DNA of 64,000 nt, taken from Haliotis rubra. Taxonomy: Eukaryota. Every line of letters begins with the position of its first letter. The stretch's first letter is position 1. The position numbers and the translations under genes are program-made. Shown piece after piece: positions 36,599-51,347 of this stretch. The stretch lies in NCBI RefSeq assembly GCF_003918875.1, contig NW_025767680.1:1-64000 (forward strand), read 5' to 3'. The notes under the pieces are model-generated. The model made no database searches. It was not told the origin of the DNA and was given only the letters and a program-made list of their open reading frames with translations.

Positions 36599-39500
36599 AT
36601 GGATGTGCCAACACTGTACGTCAACGTCGTGTGCCTCCTGATCCTCGTCCCAGCATCAGATGAGCGGCCATCCAGACAGCAGCATGCCAGGTTCCGTAAC
36701 AAGCACGACATGAAGGATGTCATCTTCCAGCAGGATCTCATCAGGGAGATGAAAGCCAGCAGGGTGGGGTGTGCCTCGCAGTGTCATATTCACGCGACCT
36801 GCAAGTCCTACTTCTACAACAAGTCAACTCGCCGGTGTCGACTCCATTCCACCATCTTCACCGACACCACTGGAGCCATACCTACAGAGGGATGGGACTA
36901 CTACGGGAGACATGCAACTTCAGGTGAGTGACCAGTGACGGATGTTGTGGGACGCTGGAGTGTATCACAATTATGTCCAAATATTCCATCGAAACCTGTT
37001 GTTAGTAATATGAAAACATTCCTAGTTGAACCGAGTCAAGCAGGTCACCAAACCTGACTACTCGCCTCATACGACCTTTTGGACCTTTGTTAATCCACAT
37101 ATTGCTCGATGTCTGTCCGGGAGCTGAACGTGATTTGGTGCCGAGGTGGCCCCCTACCAAACTTGTGTATGGGATAAAGAAACACTGTTCTGTTTAAAGA
37201 CTTAAGTGAAGATGTGTATACAGTAGGCTAGCATTATATAACCTGCGTGACCAGGGGAAGTAACCTCCCAAAACACGTGCACGCATGTCACTATGTGAGT
37301 GTACTATTATTGAACATGGTGTCCAATCCAATTTAACCTGATCTCAGCTGGCTTTACTTCAACCACATTGCATATCAAACAGCCACAGCTGAGTGAGTGA
37401 ATGATTTTAGTTTCTGTTCTGTAAATAATCTAATCTGGACCAGACAATCCAATGATCAACAGCATGTGCATCGATCTAGGCATTTGGGATACGATGACAT
37501 GTATGGAATCGACCACATATGATATCAATTTCATAGTGAGTGAGTGAGTTTATTTTTACGAAGCACACAGCAATATTCCAGCTATATGGCAGCAGTCTGT
37601 AAATAATCGAGTCTGGACCAGACAATCCAGTTATCAACAGCATGAACATCGATTTACGCAATTGAGATACGATGACATGTGTCAACCAAGTCAGCGGGCC
37701 TGACCACCCGATCCCGTTAGTCGCCTCTTACCACAAGCATGAAGATCAATTCTGACCCGGATCTTCGCGGGTCCCACAGCTGACCTGACTCAAGTGAGAC
37801 CACCACTAAAAGTTGTACACTCGGACATTGAAAATACATCATGTAGATATACCGGTATACTGGACACGTGAACACCTGGTGTTGTCACTGATTGTCAGTG
37901 ATGCACTCATTATTGTAATCGCTATTTTGCCTTTTACACCAAAAAAGAATCCATTTCAGAGAATAATCGAGACTGATGCACTTAACCTTGTATTGTCAAA
38001 ATGGAAATTTTAACAAACATATTTCGCGATATACAATGTACTACGTTTAAAACAAACACGCTTAAACGAACATAATCAGATATCACGAATTGCTTTTTCT
38101 TGTCCCGACCACTTGTGTATTTTAGTCAAAATGCGTGCTTATATAACAAACTAAAATCAGTGGTCCTTTTGAGTGGCCCTAAACAATTTCACTAACTAAA
38201 ATTATATAATTTAAATTCATTTGTGTATTTGATACAAGTTTGGTGATTCGGTAAACAGAATTTTAACTCACATCTTATTGACTTCTCTTTTCAGTCAAAA
38301 GAAACAAGGCAAAAACGACAACAAAGACATTACCCTTGGAATCGTCAACACTGAGCCCTGAACATACAGCTGAAGCATCAACTACTGTAGATATAACTGC
38401 ATCCAACTCGGGCGATGCTTCAATAGGGACAACACAATCTTCTGGGAAGGAGGTTTCAGAGGAAGCCAGAAGCTCCCCTGGTACGACTGAGGAAAGAACA
38501 GTTACAGAAGCCGATCCTGAAACAACTACCAGCGACACTTCCGCACAGAAGAGTCGTCTCTTGTCCACACTGGCAACAAGATATAGGTCCAGAACAGCAA
38601 GCAGCACAGAGATGGGTGGAGCCCAAGAGAACCGTTTGACAAGTCGCATGGTGACCAAACCATTCGTGAAACTGTGGGCAGTCACACCTGAGTCTCCTCC
38701 TCCCGGGAAGCTAGCCTCAATATCAACCCAAGACAGCCTTTCAACGACGGAAGATGGGATTAAAAGTGCACCAGGGTCGCGTGTCACCATAAAAACGACT
38801 GGCAATGTGGTCTCCTCCTCCCCCACCTCTTCCACTACCACCTCCTCCACCTCCTCCATCTCCTCCATACCTACAACTGACAGGGACACAACGTTTAATG
38901 CAAACGAACAGTTTTCTGAACAAATTTTGTCAACGTCAAGTAACAGATCAGAAGATGATAACATGCCAGAAACAGACAGTTCCGTATCTGTAGCACCAAA
39001 GGATACAACGGCTAGCAACACAGGTCAGGTAGTTCAAACATCTCACCACAACGAGGACCAGCATGATGAGCTGAACTTTCTCACCACTGAAGATCATGCC
39101 CAGTTGTTTGAATTGTCAACAGGTCTGGCGATCTCTCCTGAGACAACTGGAGATGAAGACGACGAAGCTGGAACGTTCACAGTTATGATGGTAATTGGTG
39201 ACGATGATGATGAGGTTGAAACTACCCAGTTCATGATGGGACCCGGTGTGGAGTCCACAGTGAGTGTCATATCTATCGGTGGGGACGACGACGACGAACA
39301 CCATCAGCACATACTGGACCATGACGTGGAAGATGACGGCGAGGTTTACTCCACGACTGATGTCTCAGCCATTACACCTGAACGAGGACCACTACAGGAA
39401 AGTGACGCTGGCAAGACCACCGAGGAGAAATCACCTTATGCTACACTGAGACTCGACAAAAGTAAGATGTTCCACTTGACATTACAGATTGTAAATAGTG

Positions 39501-40299
39501 TGATTGCAGGGTGAACACAAATACCAAAACAGAAGTTTTTATATCTAATCCGTAAACTTTCTAAATCGCTGGTCATGAAATTCATCAAATGTACACTTGT
39601 TTCACAAAGCAGTTTACCGATATATGATTTCTTCTTTAAGGTGTGGCGAACTCTGGATCTACGGAATCGGTACGTATTCTTCAATATCAACATAGGCAAT
39701 GGATAAATGGATAAAAAATATTATTTTTATCGTTAAATTACTTTTTAAGTAACTCTGTATATTTCGTCTTTTAGTTTTGACGAGGTTGACCAGTCAGCTC
39801 CTTACCCATATGCATATTTATATGTTTACAAATGGAACACATCTACAAAACAATTAACGACATTTTCTATTGCTGAAAGCTGAGAAACCATCATTTAACT
39901 GAAATATTGGTCAAAGGGGCCACAACCCAGCTTTCTCGCTAGCATGTAACTTGCAGTTTTCCCTTGCCAAATTTCTCTCTAGGAAAATTTGAAAAGTAAC
40001 ACACATGTCTTTTATGGCAGAGGTCGAATCAGGTCATGTCCAGTTTAATCAGTTCATGCCCAGTTTAATCAGGTTATTTACTGCTGTATCCCATCTGCCT
40101 GTTCCAGCCGACCTCTGGAAGTTCTGTAGCAGGCAAGGTGGCTACCTATGTAGTGTTGGGAGTGGTTCTCCCTCTGTTGGGTGCGGTAGGGTATGCTCTG
40201 TACCGTCGGTGGAGAACAGGATCCTGGACTCGCCTACACAAACAGGATGACAGCCTGAGTCTACAGCTCGTCTCCTCCACTGATGGACTGACCATGTAA
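36599..40299 (+). CDS. PAN/Apple-domain, mucin-like type I membrane protein (570 aa)
   Basis: Exons 36599-36923 (signal peptide MDVPTLYVNVVCLLILVPA; PAN-like CASQCHIHATCKSYFYNKSTRRCRLH...GWDYY), 38295-39461 (S/T-rich then D/E/H-rich stalk), 39641-39669 (29 nt, restores phase) and 40108-40299 (TM VATYVVLGVVLPLLGAVGYALY, basic RRWR, tail ...DGLTM*). All junctions are GT-AG; total 1713 nt in frame. Confidence 0.85.
37390..37772 (-). mobile_element. two tandem SINE B copies (one partial) in intron 1
   Basis: ctggaccagacaatcca occurs twice; 5' end ggatcttcgcgggtc at 37772. Confidence 0.82.
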
Positions 40300-41654
40300 T
40301 ACTCTGGGGATACAGCTTTTTGTTTTTTGGGTGGGAATGTGGGTATTTTTGTTTGAGACAAATTGTCTTTAAACAATTTTACCTTAATACATAATTTGCT
40401 CTGTTTATCTGGATTTCAAAGAGCGTCATGCCACTCTTGCTAAAGGTTACAGCATTTAAAGCCTCAGTAAAGCTTTCAAGAAATTTTATGGTAGACATGT
40501 GAAGGTAATTTCCAACTTTGATGCAGAAGTGACAAAAAGGATGTTCAATGCAATTCTCTATTTTGACTTATACCATACGTTTCAGGTGAACAAATGTCTA
40601 GACTTACAATATGTTTAATACTGGTGCCACCGGTGGGGCAGGATACACTCACCTTTCCGCGAACATCTTGTATCATCACTGTTGCATTGTGATTCATAAC
40701 CACATGCTCTGTCATCGTATCGCAAGGTGACTATTACTGGATTGTCTGGTCCAGACCCGATTTGTTTACAAACAACATCATACAACTGTAATACTGCTGA
40801 ATAAAGTATATAGTCACAGTTGTAACTGAACTCTGCTTTTGGCAGATATTTCTTATGAATGTGGAAAGGGTTTTGTCGCTTGTATTTTCTCCTCAAGAAT
40901 ATTAAATGGTCGGCACTCAGTTAACACCAGATCGATGTTTGATAACAGTGGCTAAATGTATGTCACAGTCAACAAGTTTCCAGATAACGTGAGAACAACT
41001 ATGGACTCGGTTCGCAAGAGAAGGGAACACGACAGTCAATGACTGTCCGGTACGATGACAAAGAAACTATCTATTTTTCTATGTGTTGATGACTTAAGTG
41101 TCTATTTTGTTTAAACAAGGATACATATATTACTGTTCTTGCCTCTGAAATGACTGACGATGACATATGTATTTATGTATTTTACCAATGGGAATTGTTT
41201 CAAATGTAAATAGTGATGTGTTGTGTTTGTTATGTAAAGATATAAGGTGTACATGTACAGGCGCCTTGTTTGCTGGAGCATGGGAACACATGCTTCTGGC
41301 AATGCTGGCGCAATATTGACATGTCCAGGTCAGTTTAGTTTTCTCCTATACCTGCTTCTGTAAGCGCACAAAGCTCATTTTCCATAAAGTTGAAACTTTG
41401 CCATTGATGTTGGTCATTCAAATAACTCTATGCTTACCGACCAATAAGAATGCTATGCTACTTAAACAACATTATGTTTAAACATTAATATTTAGCCTGT
41501 CAGTATATAGATTCCTTGGTGTATAGAGACTAGACCTGGCAATAGATCCTTGGTGCCTGACTTGATCTGACGACATGGTCTGTCTGCTCTAAGACCTGGC
41601 CTGTAGATAATCTCTATCTACCTAACAATAAGCTTCCTTTGCAGTAAGCCCTAA

Positions 41655-42440
41655 ACTGACATTACGCTCCTTCTGGTGTCAGACCTTCCCTGACAATATG
41701 CTCTCTCTGCTGTAAGATTCTCCTGACAATCTGCTCTCTGCTGTAAGACAATCCCTGACAATATGTTCTCTCTGCTGTAAGATCTTCGATGACAATATGC
41801 TCTTTCTGGTGTAAGACCTTCGATGACAATATGCTCTTTCTGGTGTAAGATCTTCGATGACAATATGCTATTTCTGGTGTAAGACCTTCCCTGACAAATG
41901 CTCTCTGCTGTAAGACCTTCCCGGACAATATGCTCTTTTGGTTGTAAGACCTTCCCTGACAATATGCTCTCTCTGCTGTAAGACCTTCCCAGACAATATG
42001 CTCTTTTTGGTGTTAGACCTTCCCTGACAATATACTCTCTCTGCTGTGAGACCTTCCCTGACAAATGCTCTCTGCTGTAAGAGTTTCCCTGACAATATGC
42101 TCTTTTAGGTGTAAGACCTTCCCTGACAATATGCTCTCTCTGCTGTAAGACCTTCCCTGACAATATGCTCTTTTTGGTGTTAGACCTTCCCTGACAAATA
42201 CTCTCTGCTGTAATACCTTCCCTGACAATATGCTCTCTGCTGGTGAGACCTTCCTGACAATATACTCTCTCTGCTGTGAGACCTTCCCTGACAAATGCTC
42301 TCTGCTGTAAGACCTTCCCTGACAATATGCTCTCTACTGCTAGACCTTCCCTGACAATATGCTCTTTCTGGTGTAAGACCTTCCCTGATAATATGCTCTC
42401 TCTGCTGAAAGACCTTCCCTGACAAAATGCTCTCTGCTGT
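41655..42440. repeat. about 34-bp minisatellite, about 23 copies
   Basis: Unit taagaccttccctgacaatatgctctctctgctg. Confidence 0.93.
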
Positions 42441-43884
42441 AATTCGGATTTAGCGCCCAAGTATTACAACTTTATCGGATGTAATTATGCTTTGGGTAGA
42501 TAAAATGCGTTTCCTGTCTACCATAACGTCCTTACTATGTAAATATTGTGAAAGTGTTAACGAGAGGACACGACGGTTTAGTGTACCACTGTCGACTAGA
42601 CACAGGAGTGTTGGGCTACTTTCTTCCCACTTAGACACAGGCTCGCGAATGTCGTAACAGCATAATGTGCCACTGTGTGCTGCAGAGATTTGAAGCTGTC
42701 GTGGTTGACACAGAGAGGCAAATGACCAAGTTTGACCATAAGAATCATTCGTCGAAGGTGTTGTACATTGCAAATTTGCCGCAAAATGGCTGAAACAATG
42801 TCTGAACGACATATTCCACATAAAAAATGTGTATTGTATAACGGATAACTCTTACTGGGGCACGAAGCACACCCGGATACTCAATATTACAACGTTACAT
42901 CTCAGGTGGTGATAAAGACTGTGCCCATGTACATTTTAATGTTCAAAAATACAACTGTGTTTACGACTGCGGATCCATGGAGACCTTGTCGGCTAGGCAT
43001 GACGCTAAACCATACCTGAACACAAGCATCTTTTCCCTCGAATAAATATTGTTCATATTGTTCAGCTGTTGGTGATTTTGGGCGTGTAACCAGATTTAAC
43101 TTGGGACCTTCGGAATCCCAAATGTTTACTTTGTTGTGTATGTGACCACAGTTGATCACTGAGAACATTTACAAGACATAACACTGGAGAACAATCAGAC
43201 TGATCTTTGAAACATTACACTGTTTGCAAAATGCAACTTAGATTTAAATAAATTGGTCACATCAGTGATGGTACCGGGCGTTCAATAGATAGTAGTCTGT
43301 CTCACCAACCCTGAACCACATTAGTTCATAGGAATTAGTTTCAAAGTATTGTTTCCATCAAAATATATAACGAAACGTTAGTCTGACTAAAAGGGTAAAC
43401 ACGTCGCTCATAGATAATTTGCTGAAACAACTGTCTGTTGCCTGGCCTCACACAAGTGTTCCTACTCCAAGACGGTGGGTGCACTATCCAGTTGATCAGG
43501 AACGTGACAGAAAAGACAAGCTTGTAACACGCTAGAACATGTACTGTTTTGGATACAAGATCCAAAGATTTGTTAGTTCTGAATTCCTTCTTCGAAAGGG
43601 CAGTTGGAATCTCAAATGTGGTGTTAACAGCTCCTTGAACAACACATCACCTCACCAATACAGAGAAGTATGTCTGTGGATTAAAACCTGCATCGTCTTC
43701 TTTGGTTATATTTACACGACACAGATGTCATTTTGAACAAAATGTCTACACCAACAACGCCTAAAAAGAGATAATTACATCTTCAGTTCCCTTTTATTAA
43801 TAGGAATGCTCAGAAATGTAACTCCCACAAGTAAGTATTATAGGCTAATGTCCTGTATACTGAGGAAGAGTGGGGCTTTTTGGA

Positions 43885-44285
43885 AGGGTAGTCTAGTGGT
43901 TAAAGCGTTCGCTCATCACACCGGAGACCTGGGTTCGATTCCCCACATAGGTATATATGTGTGAAGCCCATTTCTGGTGTCCCCCGTCGTGACATTGCTG
44001 GAGTGAGTGAGTTAGTGAGTTTAGTTTTACTTTGCAGCACTCAGCAATATTCCAGCTAGATGGTGGCGGTCTTTAAATAATCGGATCTGGACCAGACAAT
44101 CCAGGGATCAACAGCATCAACATCGACCTACGCAATTAGGATACGATGACATGTGTCAACCAAGTCATCGAGCTGACCACCCGATCCCGTTAGTTGACTC
44201 TTACGAGAAGCATGAATTACTGAAGATCAATTTTAACCCGGATCTTCACGGGTATGACATTGCTGGAATATTACTAAAATCGCTG
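43885..44285. mobile_element. SINE B (minus, about 44003-44253) inserted into SINE A (plus)
   Basis: TSD tgacattgctgga at 43990 and 44256; the SINE A tail resumes after it. Confidence 0.87.
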
Positions 44286-44626
44286 AAGAAACTGTCTTGC
44301 CTTGTCTTCTTGTAGGTCACTCTAAGATGGCTGTATGTGATGGATTCTCCAAGTTTTCAGAAGCACCAGAAACACATTTCCTTACTGGATTTTTATTTAC
44401 AGACAAAACTACAATATCATCTCACATTTACTGTACTGATCAAGAAGGAAAAAACAATTCTTTTAGAAACATAACAACATAAAATACAAAGATACACTTA
44501 GTAATCGCTTATGACAGCTTTGGCACTTCTTGTAATGGGGTAATGCTCTGTTGTATCGGTGGTAGACATTGTCTGAGTGAAGACGTGTCCAGCTTTTGCT
44601 CCAAGTAACATCACCTTGCATGAGAG

Positions 44627-44747
44627 AATGGGCTGACAGGACCCAGTGGGTAACCTGCTGCTAATGGGCTGACAGGAATCAGTGGGTAACCTGCTGCTAA
44701 TGGGCTGACAGGACCCAGTGGGTAACCTGCTGCTAATGGGCTGTCAG
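44627..44747. repeat. 36-bp tandem repeat, about 3.4 copies
   Basis: aatgggctgacaggacccagtgggtaacctgctgct. Confidence 0.85.
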
Positions 44748-47700
44748 CATGAACATAGGCTGAATCAAGTATTGGGCGTTAATACGATATACTTGTCTTA
44801 GGAATTGGGCTGACATACTCTCTTATCTCCTTCTATTCTCTACAGCAATTTGCTTGTATTTGGAATCATGCTTCAATGATTCATTATGTATATGTTTTAA
44901 GATCAATACGATATCAGTATATGTAACATGTATGGCCCACTAAACAAAAGGTTGGCATGCATTATTTTCAGGATTACAAAGACGGGCTCAAATAACGGAA
45001 TGGCTGAATGAAAACTTATGAAGCCCTTGACAAGCATGTCTTCTGTCTGGAAGCGTAACTAACCACCAGGAATTATGATGGATATCGCCAACTCAACAAG
45101 CTGACATCCGCGGTGGGATGGAAAGGACATGACACATACCACTTTTTATTAACGTTGAAACAAGATATTATGCATGGTAATATGGACTAGAGTCAGCCAT
45201 TCCTTTCTCTATTAAGTCACGATGTCACTTACTGGTGAGTTCTATTACACACCGATTGACGCGGCCTTCAGTTCACTGCTTCCAAAATTCATCATATTAT
45301 ATGAACATCCATCTCAATGCCAGAATCAGCTTTGGTCCCTCAAGCACTATGGGGAACTACAGACATGTAGTAATGATCCACATTTTTTTGAATTCTTAAG
45401 TGTGGAAATGTTTAATATAATCAATTGTTTATTATTACTTGCAAGAACACCAGAATGAATAAATTTCAAATCATCACTGGCAAGTGTAATTCGAATTTCA
45501 ACATTAAATGATTTCTTGTCCTTTCGCTTCACAAAGCTTCATCAACTGAACTGAAACAATCCCTGAAACAGTTGTTGTTTAAAAACTCAAAAAGAATTGA
45601 GATGACACTCACTGCATAACCTGAAGCAATAAATTGGAAAAAAACATATCATTTTATGTCCTTGTGATTTCAGATAATGGTATACTTGATGTCTCTTCTC
45701 ATTCAAATGATAAGTAAGAAAATTGTGTTGATATTACGTCTGTGCACAATTGAACAAAGTTTCACAAAAGGATATGTTCTAATGAGGCATAATATCTATT
45801 TATCAACTATTGATTACTAAAAATAAACAATAGGACTCTATTGCTGATGACCAGCGTCTAACACTCATGTGTGAAAAAATATAAAGCTAAATTTATGCTA
45901 TGAAATATGATATTAGAATATGAAAAAAGTGAATTACCTTGGTCTACCTTCGGAGGGATCATTGTGCAAATATAACAATGCTGTTTGCTCTATAAACTAA
46001 ACAATGACAAATCATCAATACAACATACATAACAAAACAATATCAAAATACAATTGAATCAAAGCGAGGTATATTTGTATTTGATTTACACTAATATCAA
46101 GAAGTCTAACATATAAAAAGAAATTGGAATATTATGATATGGAGGAATTGTAACTCATCACTTCAACAAAACGTGACACATGCAGGGCTGGTACTTTCTG
46201 TGAACTGGTGACACATATACAAGAAACAAGGATTACACAGTGTAAGTGGTGGAAGGTGTGAAAGAAAAATACATAAAATCAATAACCCAAAATATCCTAA
46301 CTTTGTACAAATACCTTCTTAACCAGTTGTCAACAAAATATAGATATAGCCTTAATTAGCCACTTGCTATTTTGCCAAATATATTAATATGTTTTTATCC
46401 ATACTCTACCACTTTATTTATGTAGTCATTAGATGAGGCTATCACAGGTGGATGCTAAGGTAGGCAGGCTAAGTAAAAAGTTGATAACTAAGGAAAACAC
46501 ATTCTCCTCCCTTAGTGAAAAAATGATCCATACATTGTAAATGTTAAGCTCATCAAGTGAGACACTCAGTAAGACAATTCCAAACACTTTCTATTTCTTA
46601 TTTATCAATGTCCTTTGCTATGACTGAATGAATGGTGATCTAGCAGACAGAAAAGGAGCTAAATGTGGAGAAGGGCAAACATTTAAAAGGTGACCATAAA
46701 ACATGGTCACAACAAATTTACAATATTTTTCTGAATATTGCTTAGCGCAAAGCAGCTGGTGCCCATTTTTTCATGAGCATTTTGGTCATTTTGGTTCCAA
46801 TAAATTGGTCAAGATTATGTTACACTTCCCTGTTACCATGTTAAATGTTGAATAGTGTAAGTGAATAGTTGGGTATATTTCATCAGTCACTGTCGTGAGG
46901 TAGGATAGAGATACTGGACAATGGCCGAGGTTTTATTTAGTTAATTCTTTACAATATGTATTTTAAGAACTATAATCAACATCTCGCTTTATATGTTGAA
47001 AATGAAAAACAGCACAGAAATTAAATTTCTGTAACATTTCCTCAAGCCAAAGAGTGTTTTCCTAAGACAGAACACAACAATAACCACAACATACGTCTAG
47101 GCCTACCCTGTTAAACATGTTCAAGCAGTGAGACAATATAGTATCTCTAATAAACTGGGACTGCTATGTAGTTCCTCTCTGTTAAAGAAATCTGTATCTC
47201 AATTCTTCTACCGGTTTGGTCAAGACTGGACCATATTTATGAGAAGGAAAACAGTAGGATCTACTAAACAAAAACAAAATTTCAGCAAAGCATTGTAATC
47301 CTTGTAACTGACAAAAATCTTTAAAGACATGAGGTCACATAAAGGTGTTTCTTGCTTTATGACATAAAAATAACATTCTGACACAGAGACATTAGTTAGC
47401 TTGTAAGTTTCAACATTTACATAAGGCATAAGGAGAAACAGTATTAAGAAGAATAAAGATAAAAACATTGAATTATCAAAAAAGCAGTGATACTTCTAAA
47501 ATGAATCAAAATAACTTTTTAAAAAATTGTTGCAAAAGAAACCTGAAATATTTTTATCTCAACCATTTCTACAGTGAACAAATATAACATGAATTGAGCA
47601 TAATTATATGATACAACTGCGTCCCTCTGACGGCCGCCAACGACTGAAGCAATGTCAGAATAGCGTGTACCATCGGTTTTCTTCAACACAGTCTGGCAGC

Positions 47701-49289
47701 AAGTTCAGAAACAATGTTCCAAAATACGTTGTGAAGATATAACAGTTTCAAAATGAATATTTCTGTTGTATGTTCATTGAATCCTTGTCAGTCATCACAG
47801 CAGAACCATCCATAGAAAGAGTAGAAAGCATTAATACATTAATGTCTGAGGCAGAGGTTACCGAAACGTCCGTCAGGATCCTGGCCTGAATTATTATTAT
47901 GGTTAGTCATGTTTTTCATTGGCTCCAGAAAATCAAAAATATGAAAATAAAAAAAATCAAATTCATATATTTTACATTTATAAGATAAATTTTAAACATG
48001 TTTTATATTTTAAGCCGATATTTTAACAGTTTATTTGTATTGATAGTGACAGTAAATGAGTTTCTGTTGTCCATGAAAAACAGAAACACTGCTCTTTGGC
48101 CATATTTTTTCACATTTCAAAATCTGTCAAATTTCTACACAAAGTTACAACATGTGTGGCCTGAGTAGTAAGAATCCTTCTTGAGTTATTGCAAAACATC
48201 GATGTCTCCATGCTGTGCAATGTTAAACTGTTACTAGTGAACTACACATACTTTGCCGACACTGATGCGCTAGGCTGCACTGCTTTAGCGTGGGCGGCCT
48301 GCAGAGACACACGCAGAAATATCAAGGGACATAGTTTTGTATTTTGTAATGCTGTGTGAAATCACAAAAAAATATGCCATTTGGATATCAGATAAAACAC
48401 TAGACTACTCAACTACCAGCTACAGTGGCTTCATTGTTCAAGAGACTCTGAGATTCAACAATCAGTTTACTTTGGTAATATCGAACACAACATCTATGAC
48501 TAGCAGATACTGTTCTGACTGGAAACACATTGACTCGGAACAAAACTTTCATTTTTACTGGATAAATGACAAGAAAACCCACAGACAAATTGAGAATTAT
48601 GAACATATTCAAAAACCAAAAAAAAGAGCTGAACTTCTGCTCACAGAATGAAATAATTGATTGATGAATGAAATGTCAATATAACAAAAAGATTGTCGAT
48701 AGATCAAAACACAAACTGAACACATAAGGATTTTGTCATTTTTGACAAAGGAAAAGTTTTCCTTCTGAAGCCTCTCTGACCATGATGAAAGTTCCTCACT
48801 TCATGAAAGGTTACTTCAACGTTTTCCTAATCACAAAGTTGAAAGAAAAGTATTACTTAAATATGTCTAATATAAGTCATTAATATGAGATGACCCCATG
48901 TATATTTTACCAATAAGAATCTCAGAGCAAATCTGGTATGGCCATGGACACAACTCTACACATGAAGTGTGGCACTTCAAACAACTGATCTCTCATACCA
49001 ACCTACCACAGAAACTCATTGCAGTCACATTTCTTCAGATGATAAAGTTCCTCTTATAAACAAGTTAAATTAGTTTTTCTCACCAATCCTTACAAATGTT
49101 GAGCAGTATATAGAGCAAAACCACACCATCCTGAGACTGAAAATGTCCAGGGTGAAAACAGCCATCCTATCAATGTTGACATATTTCTGGGTGACAAGTT
49201 GCTTACAGGAATCGGAACATTAAATCCACCTTCTCAACTGACTCAAAGTGGTGTGGACAGATTCATTCATGCGCCATGACATGTTACAA

Positions 49290-50010
49290 GTCTGTCTGAC
49301 AGACAACACACATTCTGGTCCAAACATGAAATCTGTCTGACAGACAACACACAATCTGGTCCAACCATGAAATCTGTCTGACAGACAACACACAATCTGG
49401 TCCAACCATGAAATCTGTCTGACAGACAACACACAATCTGGTCCAACCATGAAATCTGTCTGACAGACAGACACACAATCTGGTCCAACCATGAAATCTG
49501 TCTGACAGACGACACACAATCTGGTCCAACCATGAAATCTGTCTGACAGACAACACACAATCTGGTCCAACCAGGAAATCTGTCTGACAGACGACACACA
49601 ATCTGGTCAAACCATGAAATCTGTCTGACAGACGACACACAATCTGGTCCAAACATGAAATCTGTCTGACAACCATGAAATCTGTCTGACAGATGACACA
49701 CAATCTGGTCCAACCATGAAATCTGTCTGACAGACAACACACAATCTGGTCCAAACATGAAATCTGTCTGACAGACGACACACAATCTGGTCCAAACATG
49801 AAATCTGTCTGACAGACAACACACAATCTGGTCCAAACATGAAATCTGTCTGACAGACAACACACAATCTGGTCCAACCATGAAATCTGTCTGACAGACA
49901 ACACACAATCAGGTCCAACCATGAAATCTTTCTGACAGACGACACACAATCTGGTCCAACCATGAAATCTGTCTGACAGGCGACACACAATCTGGTCCAA
50001 CCATGAAATC
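49290..50010. repeat. 41-bp minisatellite, about 17 copies
   Basis: Unit aatctggtccaaccatgaaatctgtctgacagacaacacac. Confidence 0.95.
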
Positions 50011-51263
50011 TATCATTAATCTTCTGAAGGTGATGTCAAGGGAGACAGGTATAACTAATTGTTGTCAGGAGGGTTGGAAACAATTGTTTACTGTTATTTG
50101 TCCCCAAAAATTATCTGCCTGAGTTACAATCTACCATACAGTAAAAGCGGTCGTCTTAAAGAAACTGTCAGTAGTAATTCCTAAATTGTCCCAGTCTTGG
50201 ACTAGAGTAGTGTTAATTTCAACCCTGGTAATTCTCATTGAGCACTCTGATCCCCAGATCATGCTCACAAACATTAACACAAACACACAATTTTAGAACT
50301 GGAACAGTTCCTGAAAATAGTCACACTATTCAAAATATATTTGGCATTTTGGCGTGAAACTTCCTCTTATATAGTTGTAGATCATGTCAAGTCGATATCA
50401 AGTAGATATCATTCACTGACATCATCCAGCCTCCGCACTCGGCAGACATAAAACTGCCCAAAATATAGAAATATATATACTATGTCTTTCTTTGAAAAAT
50501 ACATTTCTCACAGAGAACTCAGCATATTACAAACAACATCAGGAAATGTTTAAAGACAAATATTTGTATCGATCCTTATCATATGTGTTATAGTGGGTGG
50601 CAAAAACATATTCAATAAGTCAATATGATCATGGTGGAAAAATATATAAATATATATATATGATTTATAGCAAAATATCTGAATGTGATAATCATGAGCC
50701 CTGTACAAACATATTTGTATTTCTTTATTATGCTGTTTTGGTCTTTAGAAATATATATTTGACACAGAAAACATCTGTCATACTGACTATAGCCAGGCTC
50801 TGTACATCACAGTACAGGTTATCGATTTCTACAAAGGCACACAGTGTGTATTCCATATTAATTTCTCACGTTTTTAAAAGGTCTTCTTCCACATCAGTAA
50901 ACAGTGCTAGAAATATAAAACCTAGGACATGATAACGTTTATGACAGTGATCTAAACATATTTTTCAATTTATTATGGCACATTCAAATCAATGTTAATA
51001 GTTCCTGCTTGTGAATATAACTACAAATATAATAAACTGTGTATACACACTGACCATCACTAGTAAGTGATAAGGATATCATTACCCTGACATCATCCAT
51101 TGTATTCTTTTGCTGGACGTTTGTCAAACCCTGTGAACCATCAATCAAGTGTACTTGTCAACATAAACCTATCACGCATCTAGCAACACGAGTGTAAAAC
51201 ATCACAAGCGTTAATCATATTCCCTTAGAGAGAAATCTGATTATTAGGAAAAATATCATCCTC

Positions 51264-51347
51264 CAATTACCTCCCTTTGCATACTGCAATTACCTCCCTT
51301 TGCATACTGCAATTACCTCCCTTTGGATGCTGCAATTACCTCCCTTT
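51264..51347. repeat. 23-bp tandem repeat
   Basis: caattacctccctttgcatactg, about 3.6 copies. Confidence 0.8.

Noticed and set aside
38275-39021. 248-aa minus-strand ORF
   Set aside because: Antisense shadow of the mucin exon
42450-43168. 123-aa and 88-aa minus-strand ORFs
   Set aside because: No domain recognised and no consistent exon structure
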